This document shows positions 9,874-19,912 of a stretch of DNA of 64,000 nucleotides, in pieces. Under the pieces are notes generated by a model. It worked only from the letters and a program-made list of their open reading frames with translations. It searched no databases and was not told the origin of the DNA. The translations under genes and the position numbers were made by a program. This stretch comes from Planctomycetota bacterium (GTDB taxonomy: Bacteria > Planctomycetota > UBA8108 > SXIK01): the NCBI GenBank assembly GCA_965223265.1, contig OZ244999.1, positions 2,400,001 to 2,464,000 on the forward strand. The letters are read 5' to 3'. Every line of letters starts with the position of its first letter. Position 1 is the first letter of the stretch.

Positions 9874-11271
9874 CTACGCGATGATGCCGCGCACCACTTC
9901 GCCGTAGACGTCCGTGAGGCGAAAGTCTCGCCCGGCATAGCGATACGTCAGGCGCTCGTGATCGATTCCGAGTAGGTGCAGGATCGTGGCGTGGAGATCG
10001 TGGACGTGCACTTTCTTCTGCACTGCCGCGAAGCCGAAGTCGTCGGTCTCGCCATAGGTCATGCCGCCGCGTACACCGCCTCCTGCCATCCACATAGTGA
10101 ATCCCCAGTGGTTGTGGTCACGCCCGTTGCCATTTTCGGAGACTGGTGTGCGACCAAACTCGCCTCCCCACATGACCAGCGTCTCCTCGAGCAGCCCGCG
10201 TTCCTTCAGATCGTTCAGCAGTGCAGCCATCGGTCGATCGATGTCGCGCGCGAGCTTACGCACGCGGGCGTTGTGGTCATTGTGCGTATCCCACGGCTGA
10301 CCGTCGCCGTAGTAGAGCTGAGTGAAGCGAACGCCACGCTCGGCGAGGCGGCGCGCTAAGAGACAGCCGTTCGCGAAGTGGCCTGTGCCATAACGCGCTC
10401 GCACTTCCGCGGGCTCGCGCGCGATGTCGAAAGCTTCGCTGGCTTCGAACTGCATGCGGAATGCTGTTTCCATCGCTTCGATTCGCGCGCTGAGAGCATC
10501 GTCTTGACCGCGCTGCGCGAGGTGCTCTTGATTGATCGCTTGCAGCAGATCAAGTTGCCGTCGCTGCTCCTGTCGATCGAGCGTCGGATTGCGAAGAAAC
10601 GGCACGAGCTTTTCGGGAGCGAGTTTCGAATGGTTGATATAGGTGCCTTGATGCCGCCGCGGTAGAAACGAGCTTGTCCACAGGAGGGGAAACTCGACCG
10701 GTCTGCCTGGGCAGAGTGCCACGAACCCGGGCAGATCTCGATTCTCGGTGCCGAGCCCATAGGAGAGCCAGGAACCCATTGACGGCGCAGTCGGCGCGAT
10801 GGTGCCGTTGTTGATCAAGAACATCGCGGGGTTGTGATTCGGATTGTCGCTGTGACAAGAGCGAATGACGCAGACGTCATCGATGCACTTGGCGAACTCC
10901 GGCAATAGCTCCGAGACTTCGAGGCTGCTTTCGCCGTGCCGTGCATAGGCAAACGGCGATGGCAAAAGTCCGCCGGTGACGCGTTCGGTGCGCAGGTCAG
11001 CGCCGGGCGGCCGCTTGCCGGCGTACTTCTTGAGCGCTGGCTTGGGATCGAGGAAGTCCGCCTGAAACGGACCACCGTTCATGAACAGGTGGATGACGCG
11101 TTTGGCGCGCGGAGCGAAGTGCGGCCCTGGCGTTCCGGTAGTGACGGCGCCGCTAAGAATGTCGTCGCCGAAGGCCGCAGCGATTCCGAGAGCTGCAGTG
11201 CTACCTCCGAGTCGTTGGATGAGCTCGCGTCGAGAAAGAGCTCGAACACTACGCTGCGCTGGATCCGTCAT
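9874..11271 (-). CDS. DUF1501 family protein (Tat signal)
   Basis: SRRELI leader, AKRVIHLFMNGGP, WDTH, GGEFGRTP, GRDHNHWGF, HVHDLHATILHLLG, FRLTDV. Confidence 0.95.
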   Translation of the reverse strand: MTDPAQRSVRALSRRELIQRLGGSTAALGIAAAFGDDILSGAVTTGTPGPHFAPRAKRVIHLFMNGGPFQADFLDPKPALKKYAGKRPPGADLRTERVTGGLLPSPFAYARHGESSLEVSELLPEFAKCIDDVCVIRSCHSDNPNHNPAMFLINNGTIAPTAPSMGSWLSYGLGTENRDLPGFVALCPGRPVEFPLLWTSSFLPRRHQGTYINHSKLAPEKLVPFLRNPTLDRQEQRRQLDLLQAINQEHLAQRGQDDALSARIEAMETAFRMQFEASEAFDIAREPAEVRARYGTGHFANGCLLARRLAERGVRFTQLYYGDGQPWDTHNDHNARVRKLARDIDRPMAALLNDLKERGLLEETLVMWGGEFGRTPVSENGNGRDHNHWGFTMWMAGGGVRGGMTYGETDDFGFAAVQKKVHVHDLHATILHLLGIDHERLTYRYAGRDFRLTDVYGEVVRGIIA

Positions 11272-11346
11272 GAGACTCTTTGCATCCTGTGATCGTTCGC
11301 TGCGCCGTTGATGGGCGGTGGTGTTTGAAACGCCCTCATGATCGAC

Positions 11347-13854
11347 TCAGTCGACAAATGCGAACTCGTTGCTTGCCAGCAAAGCCTGCAGATACTGCTG
11401 CCATGTTGTAGAGACTTCTGCTGCGTGTTGAGACCCAGTACGATTCTCGGCGCCGACGAAAACCCGTGCCAGGCGAATCTGCTGGGCTGTTGCGCGTCGC
11501 CCGAAGAGCCACAAGTACACCTGGCGTACCTTCTCGTCCGTCGTGGGAAGGCCGCGACGCGTGAGGCGGTCGTGGAGGTGACGAGCATGGGAGCGAATGA
11601 AGGGGCTGTTGAGGACGAACAGCTGCTGAACCGGTGTTGTCGTCGGTTCGCGGCGCGGGCTGTGGCCGGCGGGATCGGGAAAGTCGTGTAGCCGTAACAT
11701 CGTGTCGAGCTCGCGTCGGTCGATCAAACCGTATAGGGTGCGGCGGCGATTCTCGTCGGTGCTGAGCGCTTTCGGGGCGCCGCCGACCTGGAGATCAAGG
11801 CGACCGCTGGCGGCGAGTGCGGCGTCGCGCCACGACTCGAACTCGAGGCGGCGACGATTCATTCGCCAGAGCAGGCGATTCTCTGGATCGATTGCGAAGC
11901 TGTCGGAATGCATCCGGCTCGATTGCTGATAGGTCGCCGACAGCATGATCGTTCGGTGAAGCCATTTTAGGGACCAACCGCTGGCGATGAAGCGCGCTGC
12001 GAGATGGTCCAGAAGCTCGGGATGCGACGGCCGCGACCCCTGGGTGCCAAAATTGCTTGTTGTGGCGACGATGCCGCGGCCGAAGTGTTCGCCCCAGATG
12101 CGGTTGACGATCACCCGCGCCGTCAGCGGGGCGGCATCGTCGACGATCGCGTCGGCAAGCTCTCGGCGGCCGCTGCCTTGTGTGAAGCTGCGGCGGGGTC
12201 CTGTCGAGAGCACCGAAATGAAACCGCGCGGCACCGTCTCGCCGAGCTTCGTTGGGTCGCCGCGCAGGTGGACGCGCAGGTCTCGAGGTTCGCCCTTGCG
12301 ATACTCGATCTTCGTTCGGTTGGGGCCGTTGGCGAGGACGTGAATGCTCGACTCTTCGACCGCCGCTGCGAGCGGCAGGTCATAGTCTGCTACGGAGCGT
12401 TTCGCCGCATCGATTTCTGCGTTGATTTCGCGCCGGCGCTTCTCCTCCGACTCGCTGCGCGCTTTCTTCTCCTGAAGGCCTTGGCGCTCTTTGGTGAGTC
12501 GCGCAACGGTTTCGCGTGCTGCTTGGATCGGTTGCCAGCGCTCGTCCGAGACGATGGGGCGATCTTTCATCCGCGTGCTGGCAACGACGCCAGCGAGCGC
12601 GTAGTAGTCGGTCGTCTTGATCGGATCGAACTTGTGGTCGTGACAACGGGCGCACGCTAGTGTTAGCCCGAGAAACGTGCGACCGATCGTGTCGACGCGT
12701 TCCTCCCACTCTTCGGCGACAACGCCTTTGACGAGCGAGTTGTCGAGTTTGAGCTCCTTCCAGTATGTGGGGCTCAGGCCCAGGAGGCCGAGTGCGGGGT
12801 GGTCCTCCGGTCCGGTGCTCGGTAGAAGGTCGGTCGCAAGCTGTCGTGTGATGAACTCGTCGTAAGGCACATCGGCGTTGAAAGCACTGACGACCCAGTC
12901 GCGGTAGAGCCACGGCGACGCCTGGCTACCGTCCCAGCCTGCCAAGCGATCTGTGTAGCGGGCCTTGTCCAGCCAAAAGCGCGCCCAGCGTTCACCATAC
13001 TGATTCGTGGCCAGAAGACGATCGATCAGGCGTGTGTAAGCGTCGGGGGACTCGTCGCTGACGAACGCGGCGACATCTTCGGGAGTTGGCGGTAGACCGA
13101 TGAGGTCGAACGTCGCGCGTCTTAGGAGCGAGGCGCGATCCGCCCTCGGGGAAGGCTTGAGGCCGGCAGCTTCAAGCTTGGCGAGAATAAACGTGTCGAT
13201 GGGGTCGGCCACCGCGTCGATGTTTTGTACCGTCGGCGACGAGGCGCGGATGAGTGGACGCATCGACCAAAAGTCTCGCCCCTCTTCGATCGACATTCCT
13301 GCTAGCGGAGCTGACCCGGAGAGCTCGCGCTCGCGTGGATCTGGAAGGCCAAGCTTCACCCACTTCTTGATGAGAGCGACATCGTTCTCGGAGAGCTTTC
13401 CAGACGGCGGCATTTGGAGATCCGCGTCTTCGTAGCTGACCGCTGCGACGAGCAGGCTCTGGTCGGGGGAGCCGGGTAGGACGGCGGGTCCGCGACTGCC
13501 CCCCTCGAGAAGACCAGCGCGATGATCGAGCTGCAGCCCGCCGCGCGATTTCTTCGCGCTGGCCGAGTGGCAGCCGTAGCAGTGCTCGACCAGTAGCGGG
13601 CGAATGTCGGACTCAAAGAACTCGAGCTGCTCAGCGCCGAACTCAGGGGAGGCGGCGGTCGCGGGCGCCCTAACCATGAGCGAACCGGCGCTGGTGAGGA
13701 GTGCGGCGACGGCGCAGATGCCGCTGAGACTCGCTGGCCTGGCTAAACGCCGCTGGCCGCTTGGGGGTCTGGTCGTTCGGGGCCAGACGGTTCGCGCGAG
13801 AAGTGTCATGTGCTCCTGAAGCAAAGTGGACTGTGTCTTCGTCCGTCCCATCAT
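11347..13854 (-). CDS. Planctomycete cytochrome c / DUF1549 / DUF1553 (PSCyt1-PSCyt2-PSD1) protein
   Basis: FFESDIRPLLVEHCYGCH, CARCHDHKFDP, ARVIVNRIW...FGRGIV and PSHPELLDHLA motifs; canonical pairing with the downstream DUF1501 gene; true start may be later. Confidence 0.93.
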   Translation of the reverse strand: MMGRTKTQSTLLQEHMTLLARTVWPRTTRPPSGQRRLARPASLSGICAVAALLTSAGSLMVRAPATAASPEFGAEQLEFFESDIRPLLVEHCYGCHSASAKKSRGGLQLDHRAGLLEGGSRGPAVLPGSPDQSLLVAAVSYEDADLQMPPSGKLSENDVALIKKWVKLGLPDPRERELSGSAPLAGMSIEEGRDFWSMRPLIRASSPTVQNIDAVADPIDTFILAKLEAAGLKPSPRADRASLLRRATFDLIGLPPTPEDVAAFVSDESPDAYTRLIDRLLATNQYGERWARFWLDKARYTDRLAGWDGSQASPWLYRDWVVSAFNADVPYDEFITRQLATDLLPSTGPEDHPALGLLGLSPTYWKELKLDNSLVKGVVAEEWEERVDTIGRTFLGLTLACARCHDHKFDPIKTTDYYALAGVVASTRMKDRPIVSDERWQPIQAARETVARLTKERQGLQEKKARSESEEKRRREINAEIDAAKRSVADYDLPLAAAVEESSIHVLANGPNRTKIEYRKGEPRDLRVHLRGDPTKLGETVPRGFISVLSTGPRRSFTQGSGRRELADAIVDDAAPLTARVIVNRIWGEHFGRGIVATTSNFGTQGSRPSHPELLDHLAARFIASGWSLKWLHRTIMLSATYQQSSRMHSDSFAIDPENRLLWRMNRRRLEFESWRDAALAASGRLDLQVGGAPKALSTDENRRRTLYGLIDRRELDTMLRLHDFPDPAGHSPRREPTTTPVQQLFVLNSPFIRSHARHLHDRLTRRGLPTTDEKVRQVYLWLFGRRATAQQIRLARVFVGAENRTGSQHAAEVSTTWQQYLQALLASNEFAFVD

Positions 13855-14059
13855 GGACGGACGTCACGGCCGCTTCAAGAGCGAACACGGGCTCTTCAGG
13901 AGCGACGGGGCGCTCGCGGAAAGCTGGTTGCCGACAGATCGCGACAAGCAAGGCGCGCCCAGCGCAAGGTGGGCACAGTCGAGATGCAAACGAGCGCGCT
14001 GTTTTGAGAGCAGCGCGCTCGCGTGGTTTAAACTTGAAACTAACTCAGAAGGATCGTGG

Positions 14060-14692
14060 TTACGACTTGGGCAGGGCCTTGCGGCGACGGCGCAGACCCA
14101 GGCCGACCGCCGCGGCGCCAAATCCCAAGAGCAGCATCGATCCTGGCTCCGGAGTCGACAAGCCGCCGCCACCGCCGAGCGGGGCGTATTCGTACTTGAA
14201 GTTGTCGATCGAAAACGTCGAGCCGTGGTTATGGATCAGCACGTAACCGATCTTCTCGTTCGATTCCCAGCCGAGAAACCCTTCGCCCATGACGCCGATG
14301 CCGTCGTCTTCGGAGTCGTACAACTTGACGCCGTTTTCGTCGAAGACTTCGAGGTAGACGTCGCTGACGTTGACGTTGTAGTCGAAGCCGATGCGGTTAG
14401 CATCGACACCGCTAAGGTCAACCTTGATCGTGCCCGTGACACCGACCACCGCAATTGGCTGCAGGCTGTCGCTGCCGTCGTTGAGCACGTGGAGAATGGA
14501 GCCGTTGACGGCCTCAAACGTCACCGATCCCGATCCGAACGAGGCGTAGAGCCCGAGACTGATGTCTTCGAAGTTGATCGTTGTGGCTCCAGCGAAACTG
14601 CTATCGTCGTACAGCAATCCGGCATGGGCTTTCGGCGCCGAGAAAGCAAGTGCTAGAAGCGTTGCACAAGCACAAAAAGAAAGGCGGTTCAT
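14060..14692 (-). CDS. PEP-CTERM sorting domain protein
   Basis: Signal peptide (AHA|G) and C-terminal TPEPGSMLLLGFGAAAVGLGLRRRRK; AGGAGG RBS before ATG 14692. Confidence 0.9.
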   Translation of the reverse strand: MNRLSFCACATLLALAFSAPKAHAGLLYDDSSFAGATTINFEDISLGLYASFGSGSVTFEAVNGSILHVLNDGSDSLQPIAVVGVTGTIKVDLSGVDANRIGFDYNVNVSDVYLEVFDENGVKLYDSEDDGIGVMGEGFLGWESNEKIGYVLIHNHGSTFSIDNFKYEYAPLGGGGGLSTPEPGSMLLLGFGAAAVGLGLRRRRKALPKS

Positions 14693-15110
14693 GGCTGCCT
14701 CCTGAAGTTCCTTACGCGTCACTCACGTCAATATCGTTTGAGCTTCTGACCCCGTAGAACCCCCTGCGGGTTCTCCAACCAACGCCGTTAGGCTATCAAA
14801 ACCCGACAAGATTGCTACTCAAAAAACCTACCGCGCGCCGACTTTTTCCAGAAAGAGGGCGAGGAGTGAACAAAGACCAAACAAATGAGCACCGCGGCGC
14901 CCGCCGGGTTCCAGCGTGGCGCGTTGTTGTCAAGTTTGACCGCAGCAACGATATAACGTCTCGGATGGATCTCGAGCGCGCGCCTTCGTCCGGATGGCGC
15001 GAAGCGCGTCGAGGGCAGCTCGAAGAGCCATCCCCATTGACGACCGATTCGGGCATGATGAAGGTCGGGCCGACAAGGACTCAGACCGATTCAAGTCAGG
15101 AGAAAGCATC

Positions 15111-16337
15111 ATGCACCGTCGTCAGTTTCTCAGATCGGCTGCGCTCGCTGTCGCCGGCGCGCCTGTGTGGATGGCGTCGTTCCCCAGTCGCTTGTGGGCC
15201 AAAATCCCCAAAATTAAGATCACCGGGCTCAAGACTCTGATCGTCGAGGATGAGGTCTACTTGAAGATCTTCACCGACCAGGGCGTCGTCGGCGAAGGAC
15301 ACGCGACCGTGCACAGAAAGTCGCGGACGTGCGAGACTGCGGTCCAGGATCTGGAACGGGTGATCGTTGGAGAGGATCCGACGCGGATCGAGTTTCTCTG
15401 GCAAGCGATGTACCGTTGGCCTCGTTGGCGAGGCGGGCCGGTTCTGAACGCAGCGATCAGCGGCGTCGACCTGGCGCTGTGGGACATTCTCGGCAAGCTG
15501 CTCGATGCGCCGATCTGGCGACTGCTCGGAGGTGCAGCCCGCCAGCGTGTTCGGCTTTACATCCATGGTAGCGGCCGTCAGGGGGTGCGCCGCGCGAAGG
15601 AGCTCGGTTACACCGCCATCAAAACGTCGCCCTACGTCATCGATGAGATTGACGGCCGGCGCACGATCAAGCGGCCGTGGAATTTGAAGCGGGCTGTGAA
15701 AATCATCGAGGAGATGCGCGACGAGGCCGGCGATGACTTTGACATTCTGGTCGATGCGCATGGGCTCCTGACTCCCGTGATGGCGCTCGAGTTCGCGAAA
15801 GCGATTGAGCCCTTCCGGATCATGTTTCTTGAGGAGCCGATTCAGCTCGAAGGTAATGACGCCCTCGAATGGCTCGGCAGGCAAACGACCGTGCCGCTTG
15901 CCACCGGCGAGCGCCACACAACGAAGTGGATGTTCGAGGATCTCATCAGTCGTCACCTCGTCAGTTACGTGCAGCCTGACGTGATCCAGTGTGGCGGCAT
16001 CACCGAAATCAAGAAGATCGCCGCCATGGCCGAAGCCCAGTTCATCGAGGTGGCGCCGCACTGTCCTGGCAACTTTTCGACCGGTCTGGGCTTGGCGTCG
16101 CTCCACGTCAGTGGGTCGTCGCCGAGCTGTGTGATTCAGGAGTCGCAGCCGAACCCGACAGGTGCGCGCCTGGATCTCTTCAGCGGCCGGACCGTGAAGA
16201 TCACCGATGGCTACGCCGAGCTGCCGCCGTGGCCCGGTTTGGGGCTCAAGCTCGACGAGAATGTAGCGAAGAAGTTTCCGGCGCAGAACCCCAATCCGAA
16301 GGTTTACTTTGAAGATGGATCAGTAGCGGACTATTGA
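15111..16337 (+). CDS. Mandelate racemase/muconate lactonizing enzyme family dehydratase (DgoD-like) with Tat signal
   Basis: MHRRQFL leader, AISGVDLALWDILGK, metal ligands VDAH/EEP/GER, QPDV and APH motifs; AGGAGA RBS. Confidence 0.88.
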   Translation: MHRRQFLRSAALAVAGAPVWMASFPSRLWAKIPKIKITGLKTLIVEDEVYLKIFTDQGVVGEGHATVHRKSRTCETAVQDLERVIVGEDPTRIEFLWQAMYRWPRWRGGPVLNAAISGVDLALWDILGKLLDAPIWRLLGGAARQRVRLYIHGSGRQGVRRAKELGYTAIKTSPYVIDEIDGRRTIKRPWNLKRAVKIIEEMRDEAGDDFDILVDAHGLLTPVMALEFAKAIEPFRIMFLEEPIQLEGNDALEWLGRQTTVPLATGERHTTKWMFEDLISRHLVSYVQPDVIQCGGITEIKKIAAMAEAQFIEVAPHCPGNFSTGLGLASLHVSGSSPSCVIQESQPNPTGARLDLFSGRTVKITDGYAELPPWPGLGLKLDENVAKKFPAQNPNPKVYFEDGSVADY

Positions 16338-16358
16338 GTGGTGGCGAACTCTTGACCG

Positions 16359-16386
16359 ACTCACGCCGCGGGGCTGAGTGTTTTTT
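16359..16386 (+). terminator. Putative rho-independent terminator
   Basis: Hairpin ACTCA(C)GCC-gcgg-GGCTGAGT followed by T6, 21 nt after the stop codon. Confidence 0.55.
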
Positions 16387-16670
16387 AAAACGTGCCGTCG
16401 CAGCTCACGGTCACGGTCCACGGTCAGTTCACGTCCGGAACGGCACACGGGCTGCCGGAACCGCACTCAACTTACCCGGCGAGCACGATCTTCAAAAGGG
16501 TACAGCCGTGTGCCTGCTACTATAAAGACGTCGCCAACACGATCTTCAAAGTAGTAGGCACACTCCCGTGTGCCGTTTCGGCATTGAGCGCCAAGCGTGA
16601 CCGTGAGTTACGCTGGAGCGCTCCAAGAAGTTCACAGCCTCGCCGTGTGCCGTTCCGGAGGTGAGCGTGA
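16387..16670. repeat. Cluster of GTAG-type REP-like palindromes
   Basis: GTAGTAGGCACACTCCCGTGTGCCGT at 16551, an inverted partial copy at 16506-16520, and a perfect 17-bp inverted repeat 16434-16450/16643-16659. Confidence 0.75.
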
Positions 16671-16915
16671 GCTTCGACGGCCCGCTCAAAACTCACAACC
16701 TCGGCATGTGTTCGCTTGGGCGCTCGGCGGCGATTGGCACGGTTCCGTCTTGATCGACTCTGCTTTGCGGTTAAGTTGTGGCAGGTTGCGGCCGATTCCA
16801 TCGTCGCTGTCTGCACCGTCCGGTGAGCGTCGGGTGATCTCGCCATCCTGCCATTTTCGAGCACCGTCGGCCGCAGAGATTCCGTCGGCCCCAAGGAAGA
16901 GCTAGCCAAAACAAC

Positions 16916-18037
16916 ATGTTTGCGGATCAACTCGGAACACTCGCAGGAAAGTCGATTTTCGTTACCGGACATACTGGGTTCAAGGGGTCGTGGCTGTGTC
17001 TTTGGCTCTCGAAGCTCGGAGCTCGGGTGACTGGGTATGCACTCGAGCCGCCAACGCAGCCGAACCATTTCACCGAAGCCAACCTCGTCGAGTTGCTCGA
17101 GAATCACCACATCGCCGACCTGCGCGATCTACCGACACTACAGGCCGCAATCGAGGCCGCGAAGCCCGACGTCATCTTGCACCTCGCGGCGCAGTCGGTG
17201 GTTCGTACCGGCTTCGAGATCCCACGCGAGACGTTCGAAGTCAACACGATCGGAACTGTGAACGTCCTCGAGGCGGTTCGGGTGCTCGGTCATGCCTGCG
17301 CGATCGTCTGCATCACGAGCGACAAGTGCTACGAGAACGTCGAGCAGGTGTGGGGCTATCGAGAGATCGATGCCATGGGCGAACACGATCCCTATGGCGG
17401 CAGTAAGGGGGCTGCCGAGCTCGCGATTCGATCCTACCGGCACTCGTTCTTTCACCCGGAGGCGCTCCCCAAGCACGGTGTCAAGCTCGCTAGTGCGCGC
17501 GCCGGCAACGTCATCGGCGGCGGCGATTGGACGAAGGACGCGCTGATCCCCGACATCGTCGCGGCGGTCATTGAGGGGAAGCCGATTCAGATCCGCTACC
17601 CGAGTGCTCTGAGGCCGTGGCAACACGTCCTCCAGGCGCTGAGTGGCTACTTGGTCCTCGCCGCGAAACTGCTCACAACGGATGACAAACGCTTCATGGA
17701 TGGCTTCAACTTCGGGCCGCTACCGGGAAATGAGATCCCAGTGCGGGATGTCGTCGATGAATTCTGCCGAGAGTGGGGCAGTGGGACTTGGGAAGCGGAG
17801 TCGAACGTCGACCATCCGCACGAGTCGCAGGTGTTGCGCTTGGCCGTCGATAAAGCGTTGTGGACTCTCGGGTGGAAACCCGGGTGGCCGGTGCGCGAGT
17901 CGCTCCGCCAGACAGCGAGCTGGTTTAAACAGTGGAACGAGGGTGACGCCGACATGCGTTCCGTCGGCCGGTCGCAGATCGAGAGCTACGAGACGTTCGT
18001 CGACCGGATCGACGATGTGACGCGGCAACCTGTTTGA
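16916..18037 (+). CDS. rfbG: CDP-glucose 4,6-dehydratase
   Basis: VTGHTGFKGSWL, HLAAQ, TSDKCYEN, DPYGGSK, ARAGNVIGGGDW, RPWQHVL and NFGP motifs. Confidence 0.95.
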   Translation: MFADQLGTLAGKSIFVTGHTGFKGSWLCLWLSKLGARVTGYALEPPTQPNHFTEANLVELLENHHIADLRDLPTLQAAIEAAKPDVILHLAAQSVVRTGFEIPRETFEVNTIGTVNVLEAVRVLGHACAIVCITSDKCYENVEQVWGYREIDAMGEHDPYGGSKGAAELAIRSYRHSFFHPEALPKHGVKLASARAGNVIGGGDWTKDALIPDIVAAVIEGKPIQIRYPSALRPWQHVLQALSGYLVLAAKLLTTDDKRFMDGFNFGPLPGNEIPVRDVVDEFCREWGSGTWEAESNVDHPHESQVLRLAVDKALWTLGWKPGWPVRESLRQTASWFKQWNEGDADMRSVGRSQIESYETFVDRIDDVTRQPV

Positions 18038-18128
18038 AGGGCCCGTGCCGCGCGAGCTCGGTCCACAGGCGCGCGCGCGTTGTTCGATCGGAGAACCGCG
18101 CTGTGGAGGGCCGTCCCCAGGGCGACGT

Positions 18129-18290
18129 TTACCGGACGACCGGGGTTTTCAGGCGGCGAAGGAGCGTAGATATGTGCGCTCGGGCGCGGAATCGAGTAAC
18201 ATGACCGCGCGTCGCGCCGGTGTGCGGAACTTCTCGCACCTCTTCGGCAGGCGCACTAACGTGACGCTTCCTTCGCGACGCTCGTTTGCT
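18129..18290 (+). pseudogene. Decayed 3' relic of a DUF1592/DUF1588/DUF1585-type gene
   Basis: Fragments LPDDRGFQAAKE (18129) and ALGRGIE*HDRAS...FATLV (18176-18286) resemble the C-terminal motifs of the usual DUF1552 partner. Confidence 0.45.
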
Positions 18291-18353
18291 GGGGAACGCC
18301 ACAACAGCGCGCGGTAACCTGCCGCAGGTCACATGCCGGAGTGTAGCTGATCC

Positions 18354-19772
18354 ATGGCACCATCGTCACCGTCCACGGGGTTGCGAGTTTCACAGCGGGC
18401 CGGCGTCTCGCGCCGTGCGTTTTTACGCGGGCTCGGTACGACCATGGCGCTGCCGTTCCTCGAGACGTTCGCGCCGACGTCCGTCCTTGCCGGCGCTGCG
18501 GCGCGCGCAGTTCCACCGCCACGCCGTTTGGCATTCCTCTACATTCCCAACGGCGTGCAGATTCCCGAGTGGACGCCCACGAGCGAAGGGGCGAACTTTT
18601 CGCTGCCTTACATTTTGGAACCACTCAAGCCCCTCCGAAAAGAGTTTCTCGTTCTCACCGGCCTGACCAATGACAAGGCGCGTGTCAATGGCGACGGGGG
18701 CGGTGCCCACGCCCGGTCGTCGGCGGCTTTTCTGACGGCGGCGCAAGCGGTGAAGACCAACGGTGCCGGGATTCGTCTGGGGCGATCGGTCGACCAATTG
18801 GTGGCGCAGGTCGTCGGCCACGGGACGCGACTGCCGTCTCTCGAGCTCAGCTGCGATCCAGCGAGTCAATCGGGATCGTGCGACTCCGGGTACAGCTGCG
18901 CGTACACGAGCAACATCTCATGGCGCACCGAGACGACGCCGATGCCGCGCGAGATCGACCCGCGCCTTGTGTTCGAGCGGCTTTTTCGCAGCGGAGACGA
19001 CCGTGAGGACGCTCTCAGTCGTGCCCGGCGCCAGCAGGACCGGCGCAGCATCCTCGACTTCGTTTTGGAGCAAGCTCGTGGCGTCGAGCGGCGTGTCAGC
19101 GTCGACGACCGGCGGAAACTCGATGAGTACTTCGCGTCGATTCGCGAGATCGAGCGCCGCATCGACGTGGCAGCGATCCGCGAACCGCGACAGGAGAATG
19201 CGTCCTCGCCCGCGGCGGTTCCACCGGCAGGGGTCCCCGACGACTACCGCGAACACCTTCGCCTTCTCAGCGACATGATGGTCCTGGCGTTTCAAGGCGA
19301 TGTGACGCGTGTTGCGACGCTCATGTACGCCAACGCCGGAAGCAATCGAAGCTTCCGTTTCATCGGTGTGCCGGAAGGGCACCATGAGCTCACCCATCAC
19401 GGCGGCGACCTGAGGAAGCAGGAGAAGATCGCGGAGATCAACCGTTTTCAAATCGAGCAGTTCGCGTACTTGCTCGGTCGACTACAGTCGATTCGCGAAG
19501 GCGACGAAACGCTTCTGGATCACTGTATGATCATGTACGGCAGCGGCATCAGTGATGGAAACAAGCACAACCATGAGGATCTGCCGATCCTCTTGGCTGG
19601 ACGTGGAGGGGGCACGATCGACCCGGGTCGTCACGTTCGCTACCCGACCGAAACGCCGCTGAGTAACCTGTACCTTTCGCTGCTGGAGCGCATGCAGGTG
19701 CCGGTGGAACATTTCGGCGACAGCACACGCCCGCTCGACGGGCTCACCGCCGGATTGCCGCGACGATACTAA
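18354..19772 (+). CDS. DUF1552 family protein (Tat signal)
   Basis: SRRAFLRGLGTTMALPFLE, YIPNGV, CDSGYSCAYTSNISW, PRLVFERLF, HHELTHH and GSGISDGNKH motifs. Confidence 0.95.
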   Translation: MAPSSPSTGLRVSQRAGVSRRAFLRGLGTTMALPFLETFAPTSVLAGAAARAVPPPRRLAFLYIPNGVQIPEWTPTSEGANFSLPYILEPLKPLRKEFLVLTGLTNDKARVNGDGGGAHARSSAAFLTAAQAVKTNGAGIRLGRSVDQLVAQVVGHGTRLPSLELSCDPASQSGSCDSGYSCAYTSNISWRTETTPMPREIDPRLVFERLFRSGDDREDALSRARRQQDRRSILDFVLEQARGVERRVSVDDRRKLDEYFASIREIERRIDVAAIREPRQENASSPAAVPPAGVPDDYREHLRLLSDMMVLAFQGDVTRVATLMYANAGSNRSFRFIGVPEGHHELTHHGGDLRKQEKIAEINRFQIEQFAYLLGRLQSIREGDETLLDHCMIMYGSGISDGNKHNHEDLPILLAGRGGGTIDPGRHVRYPTETPLSNLYLSLLERMQVPVEHFGDSTRPLDGLTAGLPRRY

Positions 19773-19912
19773 CTCGGATCTCGCCGGAGGACGACGCGAA
19801 CTCCACTGCCGTCGGTTCGTTTCATTCGATTTGGCCGCTCGCTGCAAACCCGCGCGAAGCGCGTCGCTGGATGCTGTGACAGCGCGCCGTCATCAAGTCG
19901 CCGAGCTCGAGA

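Noticed and set aside
14756-14774. Hairpin upstream of the PEP-CTERM gene
   Set aside because: A single 7-bp stem without a U-tract or a recognisable riboswitch consensus.
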